Shown in pieces: positions 1 through 9,349 of a stretch of DNA of 47,443 bases (position 1 is its first letter; the number at the start of each line of letters is the position of its first letter). The notes under the pieces were generated by a model. That model did not search any database. It had not been told where the DNA came from and was given only the letters and a program-made list of their open reading frames with translations. The DNA comes from an uncultured Lachnospiraceae bacterium. Lineage in GTDB: Bacteria; Bacillota; Clostridia; UBA1381. The DNA lies in contig CAZLOX010000002.1 in NCBI GenBank assembly GCA_964561265.1, positions 1-47,443 on the forward strand, written 5' to 3'. A program made the translations under genes and the position numbers.

Positions 1-106
1 TTTTCCCCTCTTAGAACTTCCCTTTCGCCAACTCGCTGCGTGGTTAGTGACCGCCTTTTTGTATACTGAAATTAGCTGTTATTACAAATGATATTATTTA
101 TAAATG

Positions 107-133
107 GATACAGCAAAACAGTTTTGCTGTATC
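107..133 (-). terminator. Hairpin downstream of the GltD-like gene (possibly bidirectional terminator)
   Basis: Inverted repeat GATACAGCAAAAC / GTTTTGCTGTATC lies 14 nt past the stop of the 147-1370 ORF. Flanks are A/T-rich. Confidence 0.45.
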
Positions 134-146
134 TCTTTATATTATT

Positions 147-1370
147 TTACTTTTTCAGTCCCTGCATATATTCATCCATAGCATTTGCTACTTTCTTTGA
201 ATATGCTACCGCTTCAACTACAGTCTTTGCGCCGAGTACAACATCTCCTGCCGCAAATATACCGTCGCGTGTCGTTTCGCCGAAAGTATTTGTAACGAGC
301 AAACCTCTTTCATTGACATCAAGCCCTGATGTAGTAGCAACAATACGGTCAGTCGGGCCCTGACTTATTGCTATAAATGTGGTATCTGCCGGATAGAGCG
401 TTTCCGTTCCCTTTATAGGAGATAAATTGCCGTGTCCGTCACATTCAAGCTCCGCAAATATAACGCCGTCATCAACAATTTCCACAGGCTCTACATGAAC
501 AACAAATTCAACGCCGTCTATTTTTGCATAGTCAACCTCATGCGGACTTGCCGCCAGATGGTCGCTTCTTGAAAATACGGTGACTTTTTTAGCGCCGTGT
601 CTGAGAGCGGTGCGCGCCACATCCATTGCGCTGTTGCCCGCGCCTATAATATTGACAGTTTCACCAAGCTTGTAAACGCTTGGATTGGTAAGATAATTGA
701 TTGCATAATGCACGTTGCCGAGCGTTTCACCTTTAATGTGCAGTGTGTTCGGACGCCACACTCCCGTGCCGACAAATACCGCGCTGTATCCGTCGCGGAA
801 CATATCATCTATACTGATAGTCGTGCCGATTGTGGTATTCGGACGTATCTTTATGCCGAGTTCCCATAATTTTCTTTTGTAGCGTGCAAGAATGGTTTTC
901 GGAAGGCGGAATTCCGGAATGCCGTATTGGAGTACGCCGCCTATTTTGTCCTTTGATTCAAAAATTGTAATATCATATCCGCGTCTGGCAAGAATGACCG
1001 CGATAGTTATTCCTGCCGGCCCTGAACCGATTATGCCCGCTTTCATACCGTTTTTTTTGATATCGGAGAATTTCAGCTTATCAAAATAATTTTCCGAAAT
1101 ATAATTTTCAATACTGCTTATATGTATCGGAGAGCCTTTATGATTAAGCACGCAATGCCCCTCGCACTGATTTCCGTGATTGCATATAAGGGAACATACG
1201 ATAGACAGCGGATTATTTTCAAAAAGCATTTCACCGGCGGCGTTTATATTTCCGTCAAGAAATGTGTGTATCATATCCGGTATTGGCGTATGAATGGGAC
1301 AGCCTTCTCTGCACATGGGTTTTTTGCAGTTCAGACAGCGTTTTGCTTCGTTTATAACATGGATAGCCAT
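147..1370 (-). CDS. GltD-family NAD(P)H-dependent FAD oxidoreductase (glutamate synthase small-subunit-like) with N-terminal Fe-S cysteine cluster
   Basis: N-terminal CLNCKKPMCREGCP and CxxxxxxC cysteine motifs. Dinucleotide fold GIIGSGPAGIT...ESKDKIGG and a second fold IIGAGNSAMD. Confidence 0.75.
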   Translation of the reverse strand: MAIHVINEAKRCLNCKKPMCREGCPIHTPIPDMIHTFLDGNINAAGEMLFENNPLSIVCSLICNHGNQCEGHCVLNHKGSPIHISSIENYISENYFDKLKFSDIKKNGMKAGIIGSGPAGITIAVILARRGYDITIFESKDKIGGVLQYGIPEFRLPKTILARYKRKLWELGIKIRPNTTIGTTISIDDMFRDGYSAVFVGTGVWRPNTLHIKGETLGNVHYAINYLTNPSVYKLGETVNIIGAGNSAMDVARTALRHGAKKVTVFSRSDHLAASPHEVDYAKIDGVEFVVHVEPVEIVDDGVIFAELECDGHGNLSPIKGTETLYPADTTFIAISQGPTDRIVATTSGLDVNERGLLVTNTFGETTRDGIFAAGDVVLGAKTVVEAVAYSKKVANAMDEYMQGLKK

Positions 1371-1490
1371 TATTTTTCAATCCTTTCTGTAAAATTTTAT
1401 ATATTTATTGTATCATATATATTCCAAAAAATCAAGCAGAAGGATTGTAGTTTTTGTGCAATTTTCCGATAATGACTTAAATAAAAATTA

Positions 1491-2072
1491 TTATCTGCCG
1501 TTGGCGGATTTATCAAGTGTCGGGACTTCAAAATCTATTATTCTTTCCTTCGGCGGTTCTATGGTAGGGACATTGACAGGCTCGGTTGTGGAAACAGGTT
1601 CAATGGCAGGCGAGGATTTCCTTGACGGTTTTCTTGTAGAAACAGGTATTTCTGTCGGTGTCTGATTTTCCGTCTGATGAATTACTTCCGGAGTTTGCTT
1701 TGCCTGTTGTTTTTCGGCCGGTGGTATTTCGTCTGACGGTTGTTTTTGTGCGTCTTCGTTCTGTGGAGGTTCGGCGCTTGTTTCCGGATTTTCCGTGGGA
1801 ATTACTGTTGCCGCCGGCAAAACTACCGAATTATCTTCCGACGGTGCCGGTTCGGTATTGTCCTGATTGTTCTTTCTGCTCATAACAAACGGTATTGAAG
1901 AAAGCAGAAAAAATACCGCTATGATACATACCGTCATAATAATCGCTATATTCCGCCTGTATGAGCCGTCATCTTTTGCGGCTGCATTCATATTGCCGAC
2001 CGCTATTTTACCGCATTTCGGACATATTATACTGTTGTCGGGTATTCTCTTTTTACAGTTCCTGCAAATCAT
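1491..2072 (-). CDS. Zinc-ribbon membrane protein with Pro/Glu/Thr-rich low-complexity extracellular tail
   Basis: N-terminus has CRNC...CPKC (zinc ribbon), followed by one TM helix (IAIIMTVCIIAVFFLLSSIPFV) and then a PE/PT-rich region. AAGGAGAA SD lies before the ATG. The gene is 11 nt downstream of the radical-SAM gene. Confidence 0.6.
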   Translation of the reverse strand: MICRNCKKRIPDNSIICPKCGKIAVGNMNAAAKDDGSYRRNIAIIMTVCIIAVFFLLSSIPFVMSRKNNQDNTEPAPSEDNSVVLPAATVIPTENPETSAEPPQNEDAQKQPSDEIPPAEKQQAKQTPEVIHQTENQTPTEIPVSTRKPSRKSSPAIEPVSTTEPVNVPTIEPPKERIIDFEVPTLDKSANGR

Positions 2073-2083
2073 ATCTGTTCTCC

Positions 2084-3040
2084 TTACAAATCAAATTCCT
2101 TTAAAGTGTCAAATCTGTCGCCCTGAAATATGTTGTATTTCTGCATATATTTGTCTATCTCATTGAGAACAACAAATTTTTTCAGACTCCAGAGCGGAGC
2201 GATAAGTTCGTCGCGTCCGCCGTCGCCGGTTAATCTCTGTATGACGGTATCGGGATGAAAACACCTCAGCTGTCCGCATACGACCCGCACATATTCGTCA
2301 AGTTCCATAACTCTGATTTTTCCGCTGAGATATTCGCTTTCCATACGCGTATTTCTGAGAATATGAAGAAGATGGATTTTCACGGAATACGGCATTAACA
2401 GAGCGACACGGCGCGCGTTTGTGAGCATCATTTCCTCCGTTTCATCGGGCAGACCGTTGATAAGATGAACGCATACCTTTATATTTCTTTCTGTAAGTCT
2501 GCCGTAGCCGGTGAGAAAATCATCATATGTATGACAGCGGTTTATCCGTTCGCCGGTTTCATCAAAGGTAGTCTGCAATCCGAGTTCTACGGTGAGATAT
2601 GTGCGCTGATTAAGTTCCGACAAATATTCAAGGACATCATCTTCCAGAGCGTCCGCCCTTGTCGCTATGCTAAGTCCGACAACATTTTTCTCTTTAAGAA
2701 CAGGCTCAAATTTTTCCCTCAGAACTTCCGCCGGAGCGTATGTATTTGTATTCGCCTGAAAATACGGGATGTATAATCCTTCCTCCCATTTTTTGTGCAT
2801 CATGTTTTTGATTTCGTGGAACTGTTCAATTATTCCGCAGTCCGGATTTCCGGCGAAAGCTCCGCTGCCTCCGGAACAGTACGCGCACCCTCCGACTCCC
2901 TTGCTGCCGTCAATATTCGGACAGGTAAACCCTCCGTTCAGAGCAACCTTGAACACCTTGGAGCCGAATTTCTGCTGCAGATGGTAATTCCATGTATGAT
3001 ATCTTTTGTTATTATCTGAATATATAAAACCGCTTTTCAT
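2084..3040 (-). CDS. TIGR01212-family radical SAM protein
   Basis: Has the N-terminal signature YHTWNYHLQQKFGSKVFKVALNGGFTCPNIDGS...GGCAYCS typical of the TIGR01212/YtqA-like family. GAGGTGA SD is present. Confidence 0.8.
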   Translation of the reverse strand: MKSGFIYSDNNKRYHTWNYHLQQKFGSKVFKVALNGGFTCPNIDGSKGVGGCAYCSGGSGAFAGNPDCGIIEQFHEIKNMMHKKWEEGLYIPYFQANTNTYAPAEVLREKFEPVLKEKNVVGLSIATRADALEDDVLEYLSELNQRTYLTVELGLQTTFDETGERINRCHTYDDFLTGYGRLTERNIKVCVHLINGLPDETEEMMLTNARRVALLMPYSVKIHLLHILRNTRMESEYLSGKIRVMELDEYVRVVCGQLRCFHPDTVIQRLTGDGGRDELIAPLWSLKKFVVLNEIDKYMQKYNIFQGDRFDTLKEFDL

Positions 3041-3055
3041 TTTTCACCTCATAAA

Positions 3056-3082
3056 AGCCTGTTTAGTATACCTAAACAGGCT
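3056..3082 (-). terminator. Intrinsic terminator after metG
   Basis: 11-bp stem AGCCTGTTTAG / CTAAACAGGCT with a 5-nt loop, followed on the minus strand by TTTTAT. It lies between the metG stop and the next SD. Confidence 0.6.
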
Positions 3083-3099
3083 CCTGAATAAATCAGTTA

Positions 3100-5025
3100 T
3101 TAAACTATGCAGGCTCCGCCGGCAATGTCATTTATTGTGGTAAGCGCGGTAAGATTTCCGTCTGTTGTTTCAGCGGACAAAATCATACCGTTTGATTCAA
3201 GTCCCATAATTTTGCGCGGGGCAAGATTTGCTATAAAGATAACATTTTTTCCTATAAGTTCTTCCGGTTTATGGAATTTTGATATTCCGGATAATATCTG
3301 ACGTTTCTCGCCGCCGGCGTCAAGCAGGAATCTCAAAAGTTTTGATGACTTCGGAACTTTCTCACATTCCAGAACTTTTCCGACTCTTATATCCAGCTTT
3401 TCAAAATCTTCAAAAGGAATAATATCCTTGTAAGGCTCAGGAACAGGGCCTTCAGGCTCGCTTTCGGCTTCTGTTTCCGCCGCGATTTCAGCCAGTGTTT
3501 TTTCGATATCAATTCTCGAAAACAGCGGAACAGCCTCACCTATTTTAGTGCCGGACTTGATCTGTCCGAAAGACGCAATACTTTCATATGAAATATCGTC
3601 AAAATTAAGCTGTGCCGATATTGCCGCTGACGTATCGGGCATAAATGATGATAACAGCGACGCGATAAAGCGTATCGCTTCGGCTAAATTATAAAGCACG
3701 GTCTGCAGACGTGATTTATCCTCCGATTTTGCAAGAATCCACGGCGTGGTTTCATCAATGTATTTATTCGCGCGGTTCGCAATCTTCCATATTTCATCAA
3801 GCGCGTCCGCAATATGCCATCCCTGCATAGCGTTTTCAACCGCGTTTTTCGCGTTAAGACACACATTTTTCAAATCAGCGTCAAGTTCGTCCTCCGCGCC
3901 GGCATCCTTTATTTCACCGCCGAAATATTTGTTTATCATAGCGGCAGTTCTGTTCACGAGATTGCCCAGAGTATTCGCTAAATCCGAATTGTAGCGGTTC
4001 AGGAATATTTCATATGTGATTGTTCCGTCCTGCGCGAAAGGCATTTCATGCAGCGCATAGTACCTTACCGCGTCAACTCCGAATCTTTTAACAAGCTCAT
4101 CGGCGTATATAACGTTTCCGCGCGATTTGCTCATTTTTTCCTCGCCGAAAAGCATCCACGGATGTCCGAATACCTGTTTAGGCAGCGGTTCGCCGAGAGC
4201 CATAAGCATAATAGGCCAGTATATGGTGTGGAAACGCAGGATATCTTTGCCGATTATATGCACGTCCGCCGGCCAGTATTTGTTGTACAATTCACCTTTT
4301 TCATCGGGAGAATATCCGAGCGCGGTTATATAATTTGAAAGCGCGTCAATCCATACATAAACAACATGTTTGCTGTCAAATTCAACCGGAATACCCCATG
4401 AAAAACTTGTTCGTGAAACGCACAGGTCCTGAAGTCCGGGCTTTATGAAGTTGTTTATCATTTCTTTTTTTCTTGATTCAGGCTGTATAAATTCAGGATT
4501 TTCCTCGATATATTTCATCAGCCTGTCCTGATATTTTGATATTTTAAAGAAGTACGCTTCTTCCTTTGTAGGATGAACTTCGCGTCCGCAGTCGGGGCAT
4601 TTTCCGTCAACAAGCTGACTCTGCGTCCAGAAACTTTCGCACGGTGTGCAGTACAATCCCTCATATTCGCTTTTGTATATATCGCCTTGTTCGTAAAGTT
4701 TTGTAAATATTTTCTGAACAGATTTTTTGTGATACTCGTCTGTTGTGCGTATGAATTTATCATAGCTTATATTCAGCAGAGCCGCGATTTCCTTTATCTG
4801 GTCGGAAATATGGTCAACGTGTTCTTTCGGAGATATGCCGGCATTTTCCGCTATCTCCTGTATTTTCTGTCCATGCTCATCGGTGCCTGTGAGGAAAAAA
4901 ACGTCATCCCCGAGATATCTGCGGAATCTTGCGATCGCGTCGGTCAGAACTATCTCGTAGGTATTTCCTATATGAGGTTTCTTCGATGTATATGCAATGG
5001 CAGTTGTTATATAAAACTTACTCAT
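3100..5025 (-). CDS. metG: Methionine--tRNA ligase with C-terminal tRNA-binding (Trbp111/EMAP-like) domain
   Basis: Contains YITTAIAYTSKKPHIGN (HIGH region), KMSKS, and a CPxC...CPDC zinc knuckle. The C-terminus has DIRVGKV...LLRFLLDAGG. I place the start at the ATG 5023-5025 (MSKFYITT...), which is preceded by AAAGGAG. The 33-codon N-terminal extension in the ORF track is unsupported. Confidence 0.93.
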   Translation of the reverse strand: MSKFYITTAIAYTSKKPHIGNTYEIVLTDAIARFRRYLGDDVFFLTGTDEHGQKIQEIAENAGISPKEHVDHISDQIKEIAALLNISYDKFIRTTDEYHKKSVQKIFTKLYEQGDIYKSEYEGLYCTPCESFWTQSQLVDGKCPDCGREVHPTKEEAYFFKISKYQDRLMKYIEENPEFIQPESRKKEMINNFIKPGLQDLCVSRTSFSWGIPVEFDSKHVVYVWIDALSNYITALGYSPDEKGELYNKYWPADVHIIGKDILRFHTIYWPIMLMALGEPLPKQVFGHPWMLFGEEKMSKSRGNVIYADELVKRFGVDAVRYYALHEMPFAQDGTITYEIFLNRYNSDLANTLGNLVNRTAAMINKYFGGEIKDAGAEDELDADLKNVCLNAKNAVENAMQGWHIADALDEIWKIANRANKYIDETTPWILAKSEDKSRLQTVLYNLAEAIRFIASLLSSFMPDTSAAISAQLNFDDISYESIASFGQIKSGTKIGEAVPLFSRIDIEKTLAEIAAETEAESEPEGPVPEPYKDIIPFEDFEKLDIRVGKVLECEKVPKSSKLLRFLLDAGGEKRQILSGISKFHKPEELIGKNVIFIANLAPRKIMGLESNGMILSAETTDGNLTALTTINDIAGGACIV

Positions 5026-5078
5026 ATAAATACTCCTTTGTTTATTTTTTGTAAAGGAAACGCTGAATAAATCAATAT

Positions 5079-5306
5079 AAAAAAATAGTTTTAGTCCCCC
5101 GACGTCAGTAGTTTTGCTACGCAAAACCGCTTACTATGTAAGCGTCGGACATCTTTCCGATACTTGCGGAAAATAGCTCGTAAGTGGTGAATTTCCGTAG
5201 GAAATTCATTCAGTAGTTTTGCTACGCAAAACCGCTTACTATGTAAGCATCGGATATCTTTCCGATACTTATGAAGAGCGTACATTTTCCGCAAAACTAT
5301 TTTTTT
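5079..5306 (-). repeat. Structured duplicated element in the metG 5' leader (unknown class)
   Basis: Two 61-nt direct repeats (5105-5165 and 5210-5270) are 59/61 identical with a 105-bp period. On the minus strand each repeat folds into three abutting hairpins: ATCGGA..TCCGAT, GCTTAC-ATA-GTAAGC and GTTTTGC-GTA-GCAAAAC. There is an extra hairpin GAATTTCC-GTA-GGAAATTC at 5189-5207. The whole element is bracketed by a 14-nt inverted repeat (5293-5306 / 5079-5092). An 11-bp helix joins 5284-5294 to 5164-5174. Confidence 0.7.
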
Positions 5307-5317
5307 ATTACCTTAAA

Positions 5318-6472
5318 TCAGCCTTTCCTAAATTCCTTTTTTATGCCGTTTACCAACGATTTGACCCATGCTTTCGGTTTGTCAAAAACGCCGGCATGGT
5401 AAAAACTGATAATAAGCATCAAAGTTACAGGGCCTAAAATCATTCCGCCGATACTGAAAAATTTATATCCGGCATACATCGACATCAGTGTGGCGAGCGG
5501 ATGCATACCTATATTTGAACTAAGTATTTTCGGCTCTATCATCTGACGCGTCAATGCGACAATAAGATATATAATAAGAAGTCCTACGCCCTTTTTTATA
5601 TCTGAACTGACAAAGCTGATTATCGCCCATGGTATAAGTGCGATACCCGTTCCGAAAAACGGTATCGCGTCCACAACGGCTATAATAAGCGCGGCCAGAA
5701 GTATATAATCCGCTTTTATAAAATAAAATCCCGTAAGCAGTATCACAAACACTATGCACATTATAGAAAGCTGAGCTTTTATATATCCGCCCAGATACCG
5801 GCGGACTTCATCGCCGACACGCCGGAATGATTCGGCTGCTTTGGACGGAATTATTTTTTTTACCGTCTGCGCAACAGTGCCGTCGTCTGATATCAGAAAA
5901 TATGACGACAAAATAAAGACGATAAATCCGACAAAAAATCCGGGAAGCTTTTTTGCCAGATTGCCTGTTTTAGCCATTATCGGAGATGATTTTGAATTAA
6001 GCATATCCGACAGCGATTCGGAAAAACCTGTGCCAATATCCGAAACAATACGCTGAATATTATCCGGCAGATTTGCATAGATAATATTCCATTTATCCGA
6101 AAAACGCATCATAAGATTCTGTGTGTTTCCGATAATATCCGGAAAGGACATATAGAAAGTTCTCGCCTCGTCAATAAGTTTAAGGACAACAGCGGTAATT
6201 ATTGTTCCTATAATGCCGAATGCAATGACCAATACCGCGATCGCCGCAAGCTGCCGCGGAAATTTCAGTTTTGTCCTGAAAAATTCCGCGGCGGGTTTTG
6301 TCAGCAGGGAAAATATATATCCGAGCAGAAACGGAAGCGTCAGATCTATAACGGCAATCAGTATATTTCCTATTCCGCCGAGACAAAAATACAGCGCAGT
6401 CCCGAAAATTATTATCATAATTAAAATAACAGCTGTTTTTACGGGTTCTTTTCTGAATTTTATAAAAATCAC
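5318..6472 (-). CDS. AI-2E family transporter / YtvI-like integral membrane protein
   Basis: Protein of ~380 aa with multiple TM helices and the typical AI-2E (UPF0118) layout, including the C-terminal PFFGTGIALIPWAI and HPLATLMSMYAG motifs. The track start is a GTG that abuts the SD, so the exact start is uncertain. Confidence 0.7.
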   Translation of the reverse strand: MIFIKFRKEPVKTAVILIMIIIFGTALYFCLGGIGNILIAVIDLTLPFLLGYIFSLLTKPAAEFFRTKLKFPRQLAAIAVLVIAFGIIGTIITAVVLKLIDEARTFYMSFPDIIGNTQNLMMRFSDKWNIIYANLPDNIQRIVSDIGTGFSESLSDMLNSKSSPIMAKTGNLAKKLPGFFVGFIVFILSSYFLISDDGTVAQTVKKIIPSKAAESFRRVGDEVRRYLGGYIKAQLSIMCIVFVILLTGFYFIKADYILLAALIIAVVDAIPFFGTGIALIPWAIISFVSSDIKKGVGLLIIYLIVALTRQMIEPKILSSNIGMHPLATLMSMYAGYKFFSIGGMILGPVTLMLIISFYHAGVFDKPKAWVKSLVNGIKKEFRKG

Positions 6473-6481
6473 CTCTCCGGT

Positions 6482-7681
6482 TTATCTGTCAAGAAAATAC
6501 GACATCAGAGTATAGCCCTCCGCTATGTATTTTCCTGTTTTTTCAGCGTTTTTCTCGTTGTACGCAAGCTGAGAGCCGTTTTCCCTGCGGCTGTCGTATA
6601 TAACATACGGAACAGGGTCGGAAACGTGCGTTTTAAGGCTGAGAGGTGTCGGGTGGTCCGGCATAATAAGCATTTTATAATCCGTACCTTTGAGATTTTC
6701 GCGTAAAAATCCCACAACCTTTTCATCTATAAGCTCTATCGACTTTATCTTGTTGTCGACTTCACCCCTGTGTCCGCACTCGTCCGGCGCTTCCATATGA
6801 ATATACACAAAATCACTGTCTTTCAGCGAATCAAGAGCCGCTTTTGCTTTTCCGTCAAAGTTGGTGTCAACATTTCCTGTTGCGCCTTCAACGTCAATGC
6901 TGTTCATATCGGCGCATTTAGCGATGCCCTTTATAAGGTCAACCGCCGAAATAACACTTGCTTTAAGATTGAATTTGGATTCAAATGTATCAAGCATAGG
7001 CTTTGAACCCTCGCCCCATACCCATATTGAAGTGGCGGGATGTTTGCCGTTTTCTATTCTTTTTTTATTGACGGGATGATTTTTAAATATCTTCTCGCTT
7101 TTTTTCATCATATCCAATATGATATCCGCGCCTTCGCCTTTGGGAAGATAATCGGTTATTTTTCTGTCCGATATATCATGCGGCGGAGTAAGGGTAACAT
7201 TCAATGAACCGCCTTCCCATACCATCAGATGACGGTAGCTGACTCCGCTGTAAAAATTTATCATATCCGATGAAAGCTCCGCCTGCACTGCCGCTATAAG
7301 TTCAGCCGCCTCCTGCGTGGATATTTCATCGCTTGAATAATCCAGCATGGTTTTGTCGGCATAATTTTCCTCATCGGACAATGTTACAAGATTGCATCTG
7401 AAAGTAACGTCATTATCCTTTAACGGCACGCCTATGCTTGCCGCTTCAAGAGGGGAACGGCCGGTATAGTATTTGTCTGCCTTATATCCCATAACCGACA
7501 AGTTAGCGACATCGCTGCCGGGTTTTATGCCGTCGGGAACAGTCTTGACAAGTCCGAGTTCGCCGTGGGCGGACATATAATCTATATTTGGCTTTTCCGC
7601 AACGTCAAGCGGGGTTTTTCCGCCGAGACTTTCCACAGGATAATCTGCCATACCGTCGCCCAATATTACAATGTACTTCAT
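6482..7681 (-). CDS. apgM: Cofactor-independent phosphoglycerate mutase, ApgM type (metalloenzyme superfamily)
   Basis: N-terminus reads MKYIVILGDGMADYP...GKTPL, followed by GSDVANLSVMGY and then HMEAPDECGH. Confidence 0.75.
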   Translation of the reverse strand: MKYIVILGDGMADYPVESLGGKTPLDVAEKPNIDYMSAHGELGLVKTVPDGIKPGSDVANLSVMGYKADKYYTGRSPLEAASIGVPLKDNDVTFRCNLVTLSDEENYADKTMLDYSSDEISTQEAAELIAAVQAELSSDMINFYSGVSYRHLMVWEGGSLNVTLTPPHDISDRKITDYLPKGEGADIILDMMKKSEKIFKNHPVNKKRIENGKHPATSIWVWGEGSKPMLDTFESKFNLKASVISAVDLIKGIAKCADMNSIDVEGATGNVDTNFDGKAKAALDSLKDSDFVYIHMEAPDECGHRGEVDNKIKSIELIDEKVVGFLRENLKGTDYKMLIMPDHPTPLSLKTHVSDPVPYVIYDSRRENGSQLAYNEKNAEKTGKYIAEGYTLMSYFLDR

Positions 7682-7714
7682 ATATTTTACCTCCGAATAT
7701 TATTTTATATTTGC

Positions 7715-8581
7715 TTAAATAACAGGCGTTTTTATTCTGTAAAACGCCGCAAGTGTGCCTTCTCCGGTATGAGTGCCTATAATAGGCCCGATTTCACCGC
7801 GCATGGTAAGGCGCGCGTTTTCTTTCTCAAGAAGCTGCGCAAATTCCGCGCTCATTTTTTCATCGGACGCGACAATCATAAATTCATTTTTTTCAGCGTC
7901 AAAATTCGGGTCAGCCTTGATTTTTTCAAGCAGTTTTTTCGGAATTTTCTTTTTGCCTCTGAATTTGTCGATTGATTCTATAAGCCCTTTTCTTATTGAA
8001 AGCACCGGCTTTATATCTAAAAGCGTTCCGATTGTCATAACGGTTTTGCTTATTCTTCCGCCCTTCTGTAGATAGGTCAGATCGTTCACAACAAAAGCGA
8101 CATCCCAGCTTTTCATATATTCTTCGCATAAAGTCAGGATTTCATCCGCCGTTTTGCCCTCTTTTGCCAGATGTGACGCGTATACCGCCGTCTGAGCGAT
8201 ATGCACTGTGAAAGATTTTGTATCCACAATGCGGATATCAGCGTTCGGATATTCATTTGCGATAATATCATTTTTCACAAGATTGAGAGTGGAATACTGT
8301 CCGCTTGCTTTTGACGATATGGTAAACACGATCACTGAGTCATAATTTTTTGCTGATTCAAGCAATGTATCGTGCATTGTCATATACGGCGTCTGCGCTG
8401 TTGTCGGAATTTCCTTTGAGGATTTCAGAAGCGCGTAAAATTCCTTGTTTGTTATTTCAGTCCATGTATTGTAAGCCCTGTCGTTGAACACGCTTATTAT
8501 CGGCAGTACTGAAATATCATATTTTTCAGCGGTTTCATGCGATATATCGCTGCTTGTGTCAACTATTATTTTTATATTCAT
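7715..8581 (-). CDS. DegV family fatty-acid-binding protein
   Basis: Starts MNIKIIVDTSSDI. Family motifs TAQTP and SSKASGQY are present, and the length (288 aa) is typical. AAAGGAG SD sits 7 nt upstream of the ATG 8579-8581. No stop codon separates it from trmL upstream. Confidence 0.85.
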   Translation of the reverse strand: MNIKIIVDTSSDISHETAEKYDISVLPIISVFNDRAYNTWTEITNKEFYALLKSSKEIPTTAQTPYMTMHDTLLESAKNYDSVIVFTISSKASGQYSTLNLVKNDIIANEYPNADIRIVDTKSFTVHIAQTAVYASHLAKEGKTADEILTLCEEYMKSWDVAFVVNDLTYLQKGGRISKTVMTIGTLLDIKPVLSIRKGLIESIDKFRGKKKIPKKLLEKIKADPNFDAEKNEFMIVASDEKMSAEFAQLLEKENARLTMRGEIGPIIGTHTGEGTLAAFYRIKTPVI

Positions 8582-9097
8582 AGTATTCTCCTTTCCTTTC
8601 CTTTCATTCCAGTCATACTGTGTTAAAGCACCGCGCTGCTGCAGATTTTCAAATCCCGTCTGTCTGAGAGCCTCATACACCACAATGGCAGCGGAATTTG
8701 AAAGGTTAAGGCTGCGCGCCTCGCTTATCATAGGTATCCGTATACAGTTTTCTTTATTCTCAAACAAAAGGTCCTCGGGCAGTCCTTTTGTTTCCTTGCC
8801 GAATAATATGTAATCGCCGTCTTTAAATTCCACGTCGGAATAATTGCGGAGTGATTTTGTGCTTGCGTAGAAAAATCTTTTGTCTTTGTTTTTATTAAAA
8901 AAATCGTCAAGATCATCATAATACTGAACTCCGAGAAGATGCCAGTAATCCAGTCCGGCGCGTTTGAGTTTTTTATCGTCTATTTCAAACCCCATAGGTT
9001 TAACGATATGGAGCCGCGAACCGGTCGCCGCGCAGGTCCGCGCTATATTTCCGGTATTCTGCGGTATCTGCGGTTCCACAAGAACTATATTAAACAT
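8582..9097 (-). CDS. trmL: tRNA (cytidine/uridine(34)-2'-O)-methyltransferase TrmL (SpoU/TrmH family); no stop codon of its own in this sequence
   Basis: Contains MFNIVLVEPQIPQNTGNIARTCAATG...LHIVKP and the C-terminal knot motif IPM...RSLNLSNSAAIVVYEA. Start is the ATG 9095-9097 after an AGGAAATA SD. The reading frame runs in frame into degV. Confidence 0.85.
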
Positions 9098-9349
9098 AAG
9101 TATTTCCTTTCTTATTACAATGCAGAGAAACAATAATATATTACATTATACAATATTAAGAAAAATTTTTCAATAGGAACAGGAGAATTTAATCAGAAAT
9201 TTTTTATTACATTAAATCGGTGTTTTCATAAAAAAATGTAAACGCGATGCGGAATTTAAAAAAAATATACAAAATAACTTGATATTTAATAAAAAAGAGT
9301 ATATAATATAAGTTAAATAAATATGTAATTATTTTTAGGAGAGGATTTT

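Noticed and set aside
1-100. Possible structured RNA or 3' end of an element at the window edge (GC-richer stretch CGCCAACTCGCTGCGTGGTTAGTGACCGCC followed by TTTTT)
   Set aside because: It is truncated by the window start. I could not fold it into a convincing terminator, tRNA or known riboswitch fragment.
3100-5124. N-terminal extensions in the ORF track (metG +33 codons; ABC ATPase 35632-35745; DUF4340 gene 32499-32570; PL11 TTG at 45966; GH43 ATG at 17847; membrane protein 42381-42440)
   Set aside because: The extensions overlap upstream genes or lack an SD. Internal starts are preceded by good SD sequences and begin at the conserved family N-termini or signal peptides.
5091-5294. 67-aa ORF with an internally repeated peptide (KYRKD.R.LHSKRFCVAKLL twice)
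   Set aside because: It lies wholly within the duplicated hairpin element upstream of metG, and the repeat at the protein level simply mirrors the DNA repeat. It has no SD and is best explained as non-coding.
5026-5317. Expected Met T-box riboswitch upstream of metG (T-boxes also considered for aspS at 37472-37540 and cysE at 12220-12310)
   Set aside because: I could not find the conserved T-box core (AANNNGGGUGGNACCGCG-like) or a specifier-loop/GA-motif layout in any of the three leaders. The aspS and cysE leaders are also too short.
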